Part shown: piece after piece, positions 9,323 through 18,058 of the stretch
Layout of the letters: every line of letters starts with the position of its first letter
Numbering within the stretch: the first letter of the stretch is position 1
Assembly: GCA_964013405.1 (NCBI GenBank)
Contig: CAXGWI010000025.1
Span: 1-33,937 of the forward strand
Source of the DNA: an uncultured Myxococcales bacterium
GTDB lineage: Bacteria; Myxococcota; UBA4151
DNA length: 33,937 bases
Direction: 5' to 3'
Notes under the pieces: generated by a model
Seen by the model: only the letters and a program-made list of their open reading frames with translations
Told to the model about the DNA's origin: nothing
The model's database searches: none
Program-made: the position numbers and the translations under genes

Positions 9323-10261
9323 TCAGCCACAGGTGAGATCCAACCGACAGGCCTGGCCTTCAGGGCAATCGGTACTGTCAGAACACGAAACGAGTCCAGG
9401 GATCTCCACCGCAAGCACCTGTTCCGATTGGGCCCGCGATGCAACGCAGCCTTCGCCCACATCGGCGGTATTGGAGCTGACCCGAGTCAGAGCGACCGAG
9501 GGAAAGCCCGAATAACCCAGATCGAGCAGGTCGTTGATGAGCGTCGCTGGGATCTGAAACTGACCACTGTCTTCAGCGACGCAGACCACGCGGGCCGGCG
9601 TGCCCCCATGATTGGCGATGTTGAGTTCGATCTCGATGCGCACCGACGGGTCACCGGTGCTTGGCACCCACGTGAGCTGACCGGCCGTATCTCGCTCCAT
9701 CGCCATGGTCTCGTCGACGACTTCGAGGGCTGCCACCCCCAAACTGGAGATTGCGAAGGCTTCGCCCCCGTCCGCCCCTGTCGCCACCAGGCTCAGCGAA
9801 GCACCCTCAACAAAGCCCGGATGGGGCAAAGCCCCCACGTGATTATAGAAGTAGATGGGGGCCCGAGCCTCCATCTCCACCGGGGCGCTCAACCCTTCCA
9901 CCGTCACCGTCCCCACGCTCACATTGCTCGGCAACGCAACGCATTGGCCATCGTCGCCGCAGGTCTCACCCCCGGGACAGGGCGTGGCGCAAAAGAGTGT
10001 CTTGGGCCGAAGTAATTGGCAGGCCCCTTCCTGCCGACTCACCTCGGGAACATCCAAGGGGCGAACCCCGTCGGCGACGGCACCCTGCACCGACGTAAAG
10101 CCCGCTCTCAGGCTCATCTCAAATCCCCCCAGGTGGCGGGATGCGTCACAGGTCGCATAGGGTCCAAGGACCGAAGAAGGTGCTTCGGGTTCAGCGAGGG
10201 GTTCCTCCCCCCCACAGGCAAGCCCGAAGACCATCAACACCGAAAGATGCTTGCCTGCCAT
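9323..10261 (-). CDS. Cys-rich hypothetical lipoprotein
   Basis: Lipobox FGLAC, Cys-rich modules (CATPCPGGETCGDDGQC; CSDSTDCPEGQAC), GGGAG RBS, 16 bp downstream of the dikinase gene. Confidence 0.8.
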   Translation of the reverse strand: MAGKHLSVLMVFGLACGGEEPLAEPEAPSSVLGPYATCDASRHLGGFEMSLRAGFTSVQGAVADGVRPLDVPEVSRQEGACQLLRPKTLFCATPCPGGETCGDDGQCVALPSNVSVGTVTVEGLSAPVEMEARAPIYFYNHVGALPHPGFVEGASLSLVATGADGGEAFAISSLGVAALEVVDETMAMERDTAGQLTWVPSTGDPSVRIEIELNIANHGGTPARVVCVAEDSGQFQIPATLINDLLDLGYSGFPSVALTRVSSNTADVGEGCVASRAQSEQVLAVEIPGLVSCSDSTDCPEGQACRLDLTCG

Positions 10262-10277
10262 CGCCAATCGCTCCCTC

Positions 10278-12290
10278 TTACTGATAAGGCCGGGCCTGCT
10301 TCACGAAAAGGGCCGGCTCCTCGCCCGGCAGGCCATCGAATTTGAACTCGACGTCCATGGCCCACCAATTGCCGTTGGTGCCATAGGCCGGTGCGAAGGC
10401 CTGGCGAATCCGGTCCAATGCTTGGCCCAATTGAAAGCGTTGATTGGGGTTCAAGACGGGCTGCCCCCCCAAGGTCAGACTGGAGTTAGAGAGATAGGTC
10501 ACCGGCTGTTCGGCCCGGTCGAAGTAATAGAGGAAGCTATCGGCGGTCACGCCAGCCGGCGGCAACACCACAGAGGTCTCCCCCACCTGCACATTGATAT
10601 AGAAGGCCGGATCCAGGCCCGTGCGATCGAAGGGGTTATTGGTCAGCGCCACACCGTTCGCTTCCTCGTCGGGAAAGGAGCGATGCACCAACAGGGCCAT
10701 CGCAACGGAGAGATGGTCGATGCTGCGATAACTGCGCTCCTCGAAGGCCCGAAAGAACCACACGCTGGCCCAGACCTTCCGGACCGCATCGGCCACAGGC
10801 CGCTCGGGGTCGTTCAAATCAGCACTCTTCGATATGTAGAGACCGGCCCCGGTAAAGCCGTCGAGATCTTCCGCGTTGGTGCTGGAGCGAAATCGCATGC
10901 GGATGTTGGGATAATCCCGCTGCAACTTGGCGATCAACGCCGCTTCAAAGGCCGGATCGAGGGGCGCCGCCTTCATGTCCTCCCGCAGCTGCCCCAAGGC
11001 CTGATCTCGGTAGGCCGGATCCTGCTGGAAATCCCGATCCTCGAGCAAGGCCTCCACCCGTGCTGTGAAACCGTTGTCCTCCATGAACTGGAGATAGAAA
11101 TGAACCGGCACGGCAAAAGCCTTGGGCACCGGCAAGCCCTCGATCTGGGAGAGGGCGGCGTAATGGGCTGCTTTGCCCCCAAAGGCCCGGGTTGCGACCT
11201 TCACCGAGTCTTTCAAGTCGGGATGATCGGGGGCCAAGACGGCCTCGATATCGGTGAGTTCGACCACCTCTCGGTCCAGGCCCGGTACTTGAACGGACTG
11301 GGGCTTATTGGCTTCCCACCAGGCATCGGCTTCATCGGCCGAGACCGCCGCCACCGTGTAGCCCTCGCTGGCGACCCCAAAGCGCACCCACTGGCCCTCC
11401 AGGGCCCGCAACGCTGGGTTCTGAAAGGCCCCTCGCAGCGCCATGTTCGGTGTGCCCCGGTTCCTCGACAACACATTGATGTGAGACAAGGGCGTCTGGA
11501 AAGCCTCCGTGATGATCCCGCTGACCACGGAGATGTCATTGGGGACCTGGTCGAGGACCACCACATCCCGAAAGCCCAGATACTCCGTGGCGAGCGACTC
11601 GGCCGTGGCAAAGCGTAGGCGCCCGTAACTCTCCGCAAGATTCAATGGCTGGTAGTCGATCCCGGCAAAGAGTTCCGCTTGGGTGATGAGATTGAGGGCC
11701 TCCTCCTCGCCCCGCACGGTCACCTCAACGGCGGCCGAGCTGGCAAAGAAGCGGAGGTTCTCGCCGAACCAAGTCGCAGCTTTGATGTCCCCATAGGCTG
11801 AGAGAATCAGATCGACGCTCGCCTGGTCATAGGGGGCGATCTCATAGGTGTAGACGTCGGGCCCCTCGTAATGGGTCACCGCACCCAGCAAAAAACGCCG
11901 ACTGGGCGAGCTGTACTCGGTGGTATTGAAGTCGGCGAGGAGCGGGACCACGGGCAAGGCCCCGCCACTGAGCTGTTCCGAGGCAAAGGCCCAGTGGATC
12001 GGGTAGCGTTCACTGTGCTGAAAGTAGAGCCGGTCCTGATCGTAGCGATCGATGACCGTTTTCACGGAACGAGCGCCTGGGATGCTGGCGTCGGCCGGGA
12101 CCGAAGCCAGGCGGTGAAAATCCTCAAGACAGCCGAGTTCATGAAGAAAGTCGGGCACCTCGCCACCGTGACGGCAGGACCAAAGTGGCACCCCATCCCC
12201 ATCGGTGGACGAACACCCCATATTCGAGACGAGCGCGACGAGGGCGATCAAGGCCCCAGCAACTGGCCCTCTAGTCGTCCTGACAGACAT
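10278..12290 (-). CDS. PPDK/PEP-synthase-type dikinase with phospho-His domain and C-terminal ATP-grasp domain, predicted lipoprotein
   Basis: GIITEAFQTPLSHINVLSRNRGTP (His-domain pattern), FGGKAA, RFRSSTNAEDLDGFTGAGLY, VWASVW, DVEFK and FVKQARP. Start placed at MSVRT, followed by a hydrophobic stretch and NMGC. Confidence 0.85.
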   Translation of the reverse strand: MSVRTTRGPVAGALIALVALVSNMGCSSTDGDGVPLWSCRHGGEVPDFLHELGCLEDFHRLASVPADASIPGARSVKTVIDRYDQDRLYFQHSERYPIHWAFASEQLSGGALPVVPLLADFNTTEYSSPSRRFLLGAVTHYEGPDVYTYEIAPYDQASVDLILSAYGDIKAATWFGENLRFFASSAAVEVTVRGEEEALNLITQAELFAGIDYQPLNLAESYGRLRFATAESLATEYLGFRDVVVLDQVPNDISVVSGIITEAFQTPLSHINVLSRNRGTPNMALRGAFQNPALRALEGQWVRFGVASEGYTVAAVSADEADAWWEANKPQSVQVPGLDREVVELTDIEAVLAPDHPDLKDSVKVATRAFGGKAAHYAALSQIEGLPVPKAFAVPVHFYLQFMEDNGFTARVEALLEDRDFQQDPAYRDQALGQLREDMKAAPLDPAFEAALIAKLQRDYPNIRMRFRSSTNAEDLDGFTGAGLYISKSADLNDPERPVADAVRKVWASVWFFRAFEERSYRSIDHLSVAMALLVHRSFPDEEANGVALTNNPFDRTGLDPAFYINVQVGETSVVLPPAGVTADSFLYYFDRAEQPVTYLSNSSLTLGGQPVLNPNQRFQLGQALDRIRQAFAPAYGTNGNWWAMDVEFKFDGLPGEEPALFVKQARPYQ

Positions 12291-13377
12291 TCTCGGCCCC
12301 AGGCGTCGGCACGTCGCCGTCTTCATCAATGCTGCAGGCCTCGCCCTCAGCCCGATAGGCACTGGAGGCGGTGAGCCCATTGACTAAGGTCTCACCATCG
12401 CTCCCTAGGAGTTCAGCCACACTGCCATCGGCGAGGTCGACGATGGCCTTATTGTTGTCCAACACCAAGTAGCCGCCCCCCGGGACGGAGGCGAACTCAA
12501 GCCCCCGAATAGAGGCCAGTTGGGTGGAGCCCCGACGCAGGGCCCCCGTCGTTTCAAAGATACGGAGATAGCAACCGGAAACATCGGCAGCCTCGGCGGC
12601 AGCGTTGTAGATTTCGAGCCAATCCCCCTGGGTCACACCTTCGACACCACACTTGCTGTCTTTGTGGCAGACCTCGTTCAAACGCAGCCCGAGATGCTCG
12701 CAGGCCGGCGCTGCGGGGCGCTCGCAGGCGCTGGTTTCGAATTGTTTGCAATCGGCAGCACAGGCGAGCCTGCCGCCGGTAAAGCCCCCCAAGGCCTCAC
12801 AAGTTGTCAGGCCTGCGTCACCATCGCAGCGCTCGCCCTCATCCAGCTGGCCATTGCCACAATTCCTGCCCCTATTCTCGCGCCCGAAGGTAGGCTCGCA
12901 GAGGGCCCATTCACCGGCCACACGGCAGTACGAGATCTCGCCGTCACCGGCGCCGTAGGTCACTTGGTCGACCATGGCCAAGTCCTGATTGAGCAGGCTC
13001 ACCGTTTCACCGTCGCCGCTGAGACCAAAGGGGTGCATGCCGACCCCCACCCCCTTGTGGATGACCAAGTAGCCCCCCGGCGCGATCAAGGTACCTGGGG
13101 CGAAGACGAGCTCGCCTTCTTTGCTCGCTGGATCGTAGAGAGCGCCATTCACACCGTGATCGATGTCATCGGTAAGGTACCAGCCGGCCAAATCGACAGC
13201 TTCATCGCCCTGGTTATACAATTCCACCGGGTCCGTTCCGCTGCTCGCGAGTTCATTGATCTGTATCTGAATATCGGCCGGTGTCGGCGGTGGCGGCTCA
13301 GGAGGCGGCTCCGGCTCGCAGCCCGCGGCGAGGGGCAACCCCAGCAACACGAGACAGGCCATGGTCCTTCCTTGCAT
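12271..13377 (-). CDS. Lipoprotein with two lamin tail domains and a Cys-rich linker
   Basis: Lipobox LAAGC. First domain IQINELAS...DPVELYN...VDLAGWYLTD...PTFGREN; second LRLNEV...DWLEIYN...PTPGAEN. Confidence 0.85.
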   Translation of the reverse strand: MQGRTMACLVLLGLPLAAGCEPEPPPEPPPPTPADIQIQINELASSGTDPVELYNQGDEAVDLAGWYLTDDIDHGVNGALYDPASKEGELVFAPGTLIAPGGYLVIHKGVGVGMHPFGLSGDGETVSLLNQDLAMVDQVTYGAGDGEISYCRVAGEWALCEPTFGRENRGRNCGNGQLDEGERCDGDAGLTTCEALGGFTGGRLACAADCKQFETSACERPAAPACEHLGLRLNEVCHKDSKCGVEGVTQGDWLEIYNAAAEAADVSGCYLRIFETTGALRRGSTQLASIRGLEFASVPGGGYLVLDNNKAIVDLADGSVAELLGSDGETLVNGLTASSAYRAEGEACSIDEDGDVPTPGAENVCQDD

Positions 13378-13381
13378 CGCT

Positions 13382-14068
13382 TTACTTCGCCTTTCGTCGT
13401 CGCACTCGATATTGATAGCCTAGTCCCAGAATGTGCTCCACCGGGTCATCGGGGTCCGCGAGGGGGATCTGGGATCGGTAAAACACGCTGTATCGATGGG
13501 TTTTCGTCCCCGGCAAGGACGTCCCCACGGTGAGACGAATCTTGCGCCAACCGTCGTTGCCGGAGACACCGAGGCGGTGGAAGGTCTCCCCAGAAAGCGT
13601 CGGTTCCAGGCCCTGCCAGCCAGGAACAGCCAGAGAGAGCCGAGGTCGAAAGGTCTGGGTGCTTTCAATATCTTCACCGTCGCGCTCGTACTTCTCTTGC
13701 AGTCGTAACCGTAATGCGAGGGCAAGCGGGCCCACCCGGTGTTTGAGTCGGGCCTGCAAATGCAAGCGCTGGACCCGTTCCAACTCGTCCTTCTTCGTCC
13801 GCTCCCACTCCAAACGGTAACCGAGCCCGAGCCGTAGCCACTTCTGCAATCGCCAAGCGCCGGCGAGATCCGAGATGATGCTGTCGGTCTTGGTGAGGTT
13901 TTGGTCCCGGCGAATCTGCTGATCAAAGGTCAAGCTCACCTTTTTCACGGGGCGGTAGCGAAGGCCTCCATTCAACCACAACTGGGCGTCGTTGTTGGCC
14001 ACAGCATCGGTCGCGCCGAACATAGCACCGAGCAAAGCCAGGCTGATCATGGGTTTCAACACGATCAA
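13382..14068 (-). CDS. DUF2490-like outer-membrane beta-barrel protein
   Basis: Signal peptide, DAQLW start, LGLGYR, LRLRLQ, RLTVG and HILGLGYQY strands. Overlaps the stop of the DUF4956 gene; an alternative ATG lies at 14050. Confidence 0.75.
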   Translation of the reverse strand: MIVLKPMISLALLGAMFGATDAVANNDAQLWLNGGLRYRPVKKVSLTFDQQIRRDQNLTKTDSIISDLAGAWRLQKWLRLGLGYRLEWERTKKDELERVQRLHLQARLKHRVGPLALALRLRLQEKYERDGEDIESTQTFRPRLSLAVPGWQGLEPTLSGETFHRLGVSGNDGWRKIRLTVGTSLPGTKTHRYSVFYRSQIPLADPDDPVEHILGLGYQYRVRRRKAK

Positions 14069-14679
14069 TCTCCCGGACAGAAGACCGTTAAACGGACGGT
14101 ATCCCGTAGCAGATCCACTTGCTCCACCTGCACTCGGCGAACATCGAGCCCAGTCCGCTTACGCAAATCAGCGAGGAGCTCCGTTGGGTCCTCCCGCTGA
14201 ACCAACTCCAGGTTGTCGTAAACGATGGCATGGCTTTGGTCCCGACGAAACCAGGTCAGATACTCCAAAGTAAAGGTCAGGCCCGCAATCGCTCCGTTGA
14301 CGAGGAGCAGTTCCCCGAGGCTCACTTTCTTGTTCACCACCGCGTTGAGGATCGCGATACCAATCACCACAAACAAGTAGGTGAGATCCCGAGTCCGAAT
14401 GGGTTCTGTCCGGTAGCGTAAGATGCCGAAGACCGCGAAGAGGCCGAGTGCAAAACCCAGATCGACCGGCACCTTGCGTAAGAGAAAGCAGAGGGAAAAG
14501 GTGATCAGGTTAAACATGAAATACGTGAAGACGTACTCGGTCCGACCATAACGCCGAACGTAGACGAGGAGCACCACGAAGCTCGTGACCAGGAGGTCGA
14601 GGAGCAGACGAGAACCTAGTTTGGCAAAGTCTGCCGCGTCGATGATCGCTTCAGGATGAAGCCCCAGCAGTTCACTCAT
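14065..14679 (-). CDS. DUF4956 family membrane protein
   Basis: GFALGLFAVFGILRYRTEPIRTRDLTYLFVVIGI and IVYDNLELV...LADLRKRTGL signatures. GAGGAG RBS. Confidence 0.88.
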   Translation of the reverse strand: MSELLGLHPEAIIDAADFAKLGSRLLLDLLVTSFVVLLVYVRRYGRTEYVFTYFMFNLITFSLCFLLRKVPVDLGFALGLFAVFGILRYRTEPIRTRDLTYLFVVIGIAILNAVVNKKVSLGELLLVNGAIAGLTFTLEYLTWFRRDQSHAIVYDNLELVQREDPTELLADLRKRTGLDVRRVQVEQVDLLRDTVRLTVFCPGD

Positions 14680-14987
14680 CACTGATCTCCTCGCGGGGGC
14701 TAAAAGGCCACGCTCACGGCACCCAGCGTCCACTGACTACCGCATTTAGGCAAGAAGATCGCTGTATTGCAGGGGCTGGGGATTGAGAAGCAACTCGCCC
14801 TGCCCCCCACAACGCCGGCGATGTGGGGACGGCCACCGACGCGGGCATCTGCGCCGAAGGCCGCTGGTTGGTCCCGGGATGTAGCGAAGGACTGACCCCT
14901 GAATTTACGGCGGGATGTTATGTGCCCTGTGAAGAACCTGGCCTACCCTGCGACGATGGCAGCACCGCCTCTAGCTTCTTTGGCCCC

Positions 14988-15755
14988 TCAGGGGCGCTGC
15001 CGACGCCGGACCACGCCCTGATTTTCTTCAGCAAACACAATCGCCGCGTCATGGAGCCCATCGAGCCCCGCCCACCACCACTCTGAACGGGTCCCATCCA
15101 AGGGCCGGTGTTGATCGGCTCGACCGCTGTTGGCCGACAAGTGCACCTCCAAACAATGGGGTGAAGCAAGCAACGCTCGAGTCAAATCGAGATCCTGGCG
15201 CTGCTCACGACACGCGACGATGTTCAGGTGACTGAGGTCGAGGGCGAAGGGAACGGCCGCTTCGAGAAGCGCCTCGTAGTCGGACCAACAGTCCAACAAG
15301 AAGGCCTGCCGAGGATGGGGATACATGCCCTCCACAGCCACGGTAACCTCAAACTCATCATTCATGCGCCGCAGATTATCGAACATCTCGGGCAAAGCCA
15401 TCTGGCGTCTCGAGCCGGCGTGTAGTGAATAAACCGTCGCACCAAAGCAGGCGCTCAGTTCATCGAAGACCGCCAGACGCTCCCAGGCCCCGGCATCATC
15501 ATCGGCGGCGGTCACCTCCTGGGTTCCGGCCCGAGTTCTTAAGTTTGAATGCAGGCGGAAGGCCGTGTGGGGATGGCGGTCTTGCAGGCGCTCAGCGAGC
15601 CCCGCATCCACCGCCCCCCAACTCTGCGGACAGAGTTGAACATGGGCTGCATCTAATTCCTCCCGCAGCGCACAGAGCGCTATGGCTTCGGCGACCCCAT
15701 CTTCATAGCGAAGGCCTGGAAACATCGCCGTCGTCGGGTGGAGGCGCAGATTCAC
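14988..15755 (-). CDS. Xylose-isomerase-like/AP endonuclease 2-type TIM-barrel protein
   Basis: YSLHAG, VAVEGMYP, ALDLSHLNI and EVHLSANSGRADQH metal-ligand pattern. GTGA overlap with the upstream gene. Confidence 0.75.
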   Translation of the reverse strand: MNLRLHPTTAMFPGLRYEDGVAEAIALCALREELDAAHVQLCPQSWGAVDAGLAERLQDRHPHTAFRLHSNLRTRAGTQEVTAADDDAGAWERLAVFDELSACFGATVYSLHAGSRRQMALPEMFDNLRRMNDEFEVTVAVEGMYPHPRQAFLLDCWSDYEALLEAAVPFALDLSHLNIVACREQRQDLDLTRALLASPHCLEVHLSANSGRADQHRPLDGTRSEWWWAGLDGLHDAAIVFAEENQGVVRRRQRP

Positions 15756-17572
15756 GATGCAGATTCCACTCCGAGGGATTGGGCGAAGGCGCGGAGGTCT
15801 TTGGCCAACTGGCGGTAATCTTCGGCCACCGCCGGGGCCTCAGCCATGAGATACTGTCGGAGCGCCTCCGAGCGCCACTGGACCCCTTCGGGGGCCACTA
15901 ACCGCTCACACCAGCTCCAGACCGGCAACCGCAGCCCATGTTCGGAGAAAAGTAGATCATCGGGCAGGCGGATCCCGCGCTCGGATCGTCGTCTTTGTTC
16001 CAACTCAGCTTCGGCCGTCGCTCGGTCAGCGTGAATGGCGAAACTCAAGGCACCGTAGCCATCAAAGTTGACGTCACAGTAGGCTCCGTAGCTGCTACAC
16101 AACCCCATCACGAGCCACTCATCCCCCACCTGGACCAGGGCCGAACAATCCTGGATCCAGTCCCCCCGATCGGTCACCCAATCGCCGTAATTGCTCACAT
16201 CATGAACGATGGCATCTGGAAGCATCCAAACCACGTGCTCCAGAGGATTCATGGTGCGAGACCAGCATTCCCGCTCGGTCTCTAGGGCCTCTAGATCCAA
16301 ACGATCGGCTACAGAACCGGTGAACGACAGCTTGGGTGAAGGAAGCGTCATCTGCTCGTCGGCGACGATTTGCCCCCGGCTCGGCAGGTTCTCGTTGAAG
16401 TAAAAGGAGGCGGCTTCATAGGCATTCGCCATGGCCGGAGGTAAGGCGACGGGACCGGCTTCGGGCAACTCCAGACCCACACAGGCCAGCAGCCGGGCTT
16501 GCCAATCTTCGTTCCAGTCCCAGTTGTTGCCATCGCCCAAAAACATCTCGATCTGCAGGGCTCGGGCCTGGCGATAAAAGGCCCAATCGATGATCTTCAA
16601 ACCCCCATGATCGGCCGGATCAAAGCCATCGGGCCATTGGGTCGACGCATCGTACCAAGCGCTTTGTGACGCGCTGCTGCCCCGTCCAAAGTTGACGTCC
16701 GTCAGGTCGCTATCTCGGAGATTGGCTGCACAGAGGTTCGCTTGTCCCAATTGGGTGCCGACCAGTCGGCAGCCCGAGAGATCGGCCCCAACAAGGTGGG
16801 CCCGACTGAGGTCTGCCCCCCCCAAGTCGAGCCCGGCGAATTGGGCCCCATGGAAATAGGCTCGAGGCCCATAATAGGCCTCCTCTTGTCCGGCGAAATT
16901 GGCATCGCTCCAGGCGGATCCATCCCAATCCTGCCAGAGGCTGCCGACCTGCTCAGCCATGTCGGCTACAGCCTGTAGCATCTCAACCGAAGCGGGCGTG
17001 GCATTGCCAGTCTCCATGACCTTGAGCGCGCCCCGCATCCAACCGGGCGTCATCTGCGGCTGATCGAGGAAAGGCGACTCCGTCTCCAAGACCATCAGCT
17101 CCTCGTACCAGGCCTCATAACTCGCCTCGGCCTCCTCTCGGTTCAAGAAGACTTCCCGGCGATGGCTACCGCTAAGCTCCGCATCGGCATACTCAAGGAC
17201 CCCTTCCCGAGCGACCAAGACCTGATAGCGGCCGATCTCGATCAACCCGACTTCCCGCCAGTTCCCTGCCCCCTGCTCGTTGGATGTGGACAAGTTGTCG
17301 GCCCGCAACAGGTCACCGAGGGTATCCTCAGCCCAAGCTTCTTCCTTCAGTTCTCGAAGGGGCCCGACAGCTTCCCATGGATCGATCACCGCCGGAAAAA
17401 TCGTCTCCAAAAAGGGGTCGAGCAGGGATTCGTCGATGACGGCTTGATCGAGGGCTGGATTCTCCAGGGCATCTAACAGTTCCAGCCCCTGCCGAACCAG
17501 TTGGCTGTCGTCGCTGCCCAGCAATTTTGCGAGGGCTTCCTTTTCCTTGGCCATGCTTGCGTCACCAGTCAT
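15752..17572 (-). CDS. Pentapeptide repeat-containing protein
   Basis: AYFHG AQFAG LDLGG ADLSR AHLVG ADLSG CRLVG TQLGQ ANLCA ANLRD SDLTD, capped by YDASTQWPDGFDP. Acidic flanking regions of unknown family. Confidence 0.85.
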   Translation of the reverse strand: MTGDASMAKEKEALAKLLGSDDSQLVRQGLELLDALENPALDQAVIDESLLDPFLETIFPAVIDPWEAVGPLRELKEEAWAEDTLGDLLRADNLSTSNEQGAGNWREVGLIEIGRYQVLVAREGVLEYADAELSGSHRREVFLNREEAEASYEAWYEELMVLETESPFLDQPQMTPGWMRGALKVMETGNATPASVEMLQAVADMAEQVGSLWQDWDGSAWSDANFAGQEEAYYGPRAYFHGAQFAGLDLGGADLSRAHLVGADLSGCRLVGTQLGQANLCAANLRDSDLTDVNFGRGSSASQSAWYDASTQWPDGFDPADHGGLKIIDWAFYRQARALQIEMFLGDGNNWDWNEDWQARLLACVGLELPEAGPVALPPAMANAYEAASFYFNENLPSRGQIVADEQMTLPSPKLSFTGSVADRLDLEALETERECWSRTMNPLEHVVWMLPDAIVHDVSNYGDWVTDRGDWIQDCSALVQVGDEWLVMGLCSSYGAYCDVNFDGYGALSFAIHADRATAEAELEQRRRSERGIRLPDDLLFSEHGLRLPVWSWCERLVAPEGVQWRSEALRQYLMAEAPAVAEDYRQLAKDLRAFAQSLGVESAS

Positions 17573-17725
17573 AGGGGGCTCCAGATGAATGTGGACTCCC
17601 CCTAGCCGACCCCAGTCCCCCTTGTCAGCCCCCCACCGGAAACAGTTCCAGGCTCGTCATCGCTGGGGTCGTCGCCCTCGTCTTTGTTCGCTCTTTTGTG
17701 CTGGGTCGCCGGGACTCGTCACGCC

Positions 17726-17899
17726 CTAGGCTGTGCTCTCATCGCAATCACACCACTGGTGGCATCGGACCATCATGGTCTCGTTGGGTGACTCAATGGC
17801 ATCGAGGCCAAGCGCCATGGCTTCTTCCCAGTTTTTGGCGAAGATCACGACCCGCTCCCGGCGCAGCAGACTGTAGTAAACAAAAGCATGTAACTCCAT
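17726..17899 (-). CDS. Possible 57-aa small protein
   Basis: GGAGG 5 nt before an ATG in an otherwise empty gap of about 480 bp. No recognisable motif. Confidence 0.4.
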   Translation of the reverse strand: MELHAFVYYSLLRRERVVIFAKNWEEAMALGLDAIESPNETMMVRCHQWCDCDESTA

Positions 17900-18058
17900 G
17901 GTGCCCTCCAAAGATGCGGACGCTCATTGTAGGGCGCCGCCCATGGGGTCTCAAGGCCAAAATCAATTCACAGCGGGCATCTAGACCCACGTTTTTCGTC
18001 GGAGTGGGACAGGCAGAAATACGGATGGGATGAGTTCGAAGGACGGGGGTCGTCCCGT

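Noticed and set aside
10251..11618. 455-aa plus-strand ORF
   Set aside because: Antisense shadow of the dikinase gene in GC-rich DNA, with no motifs.
10278..12290. Naming the gene ppsA, ppdK or rph
   Set aside because: No pyruvate-binding barrel, different domain order and a predicted signal peptide.
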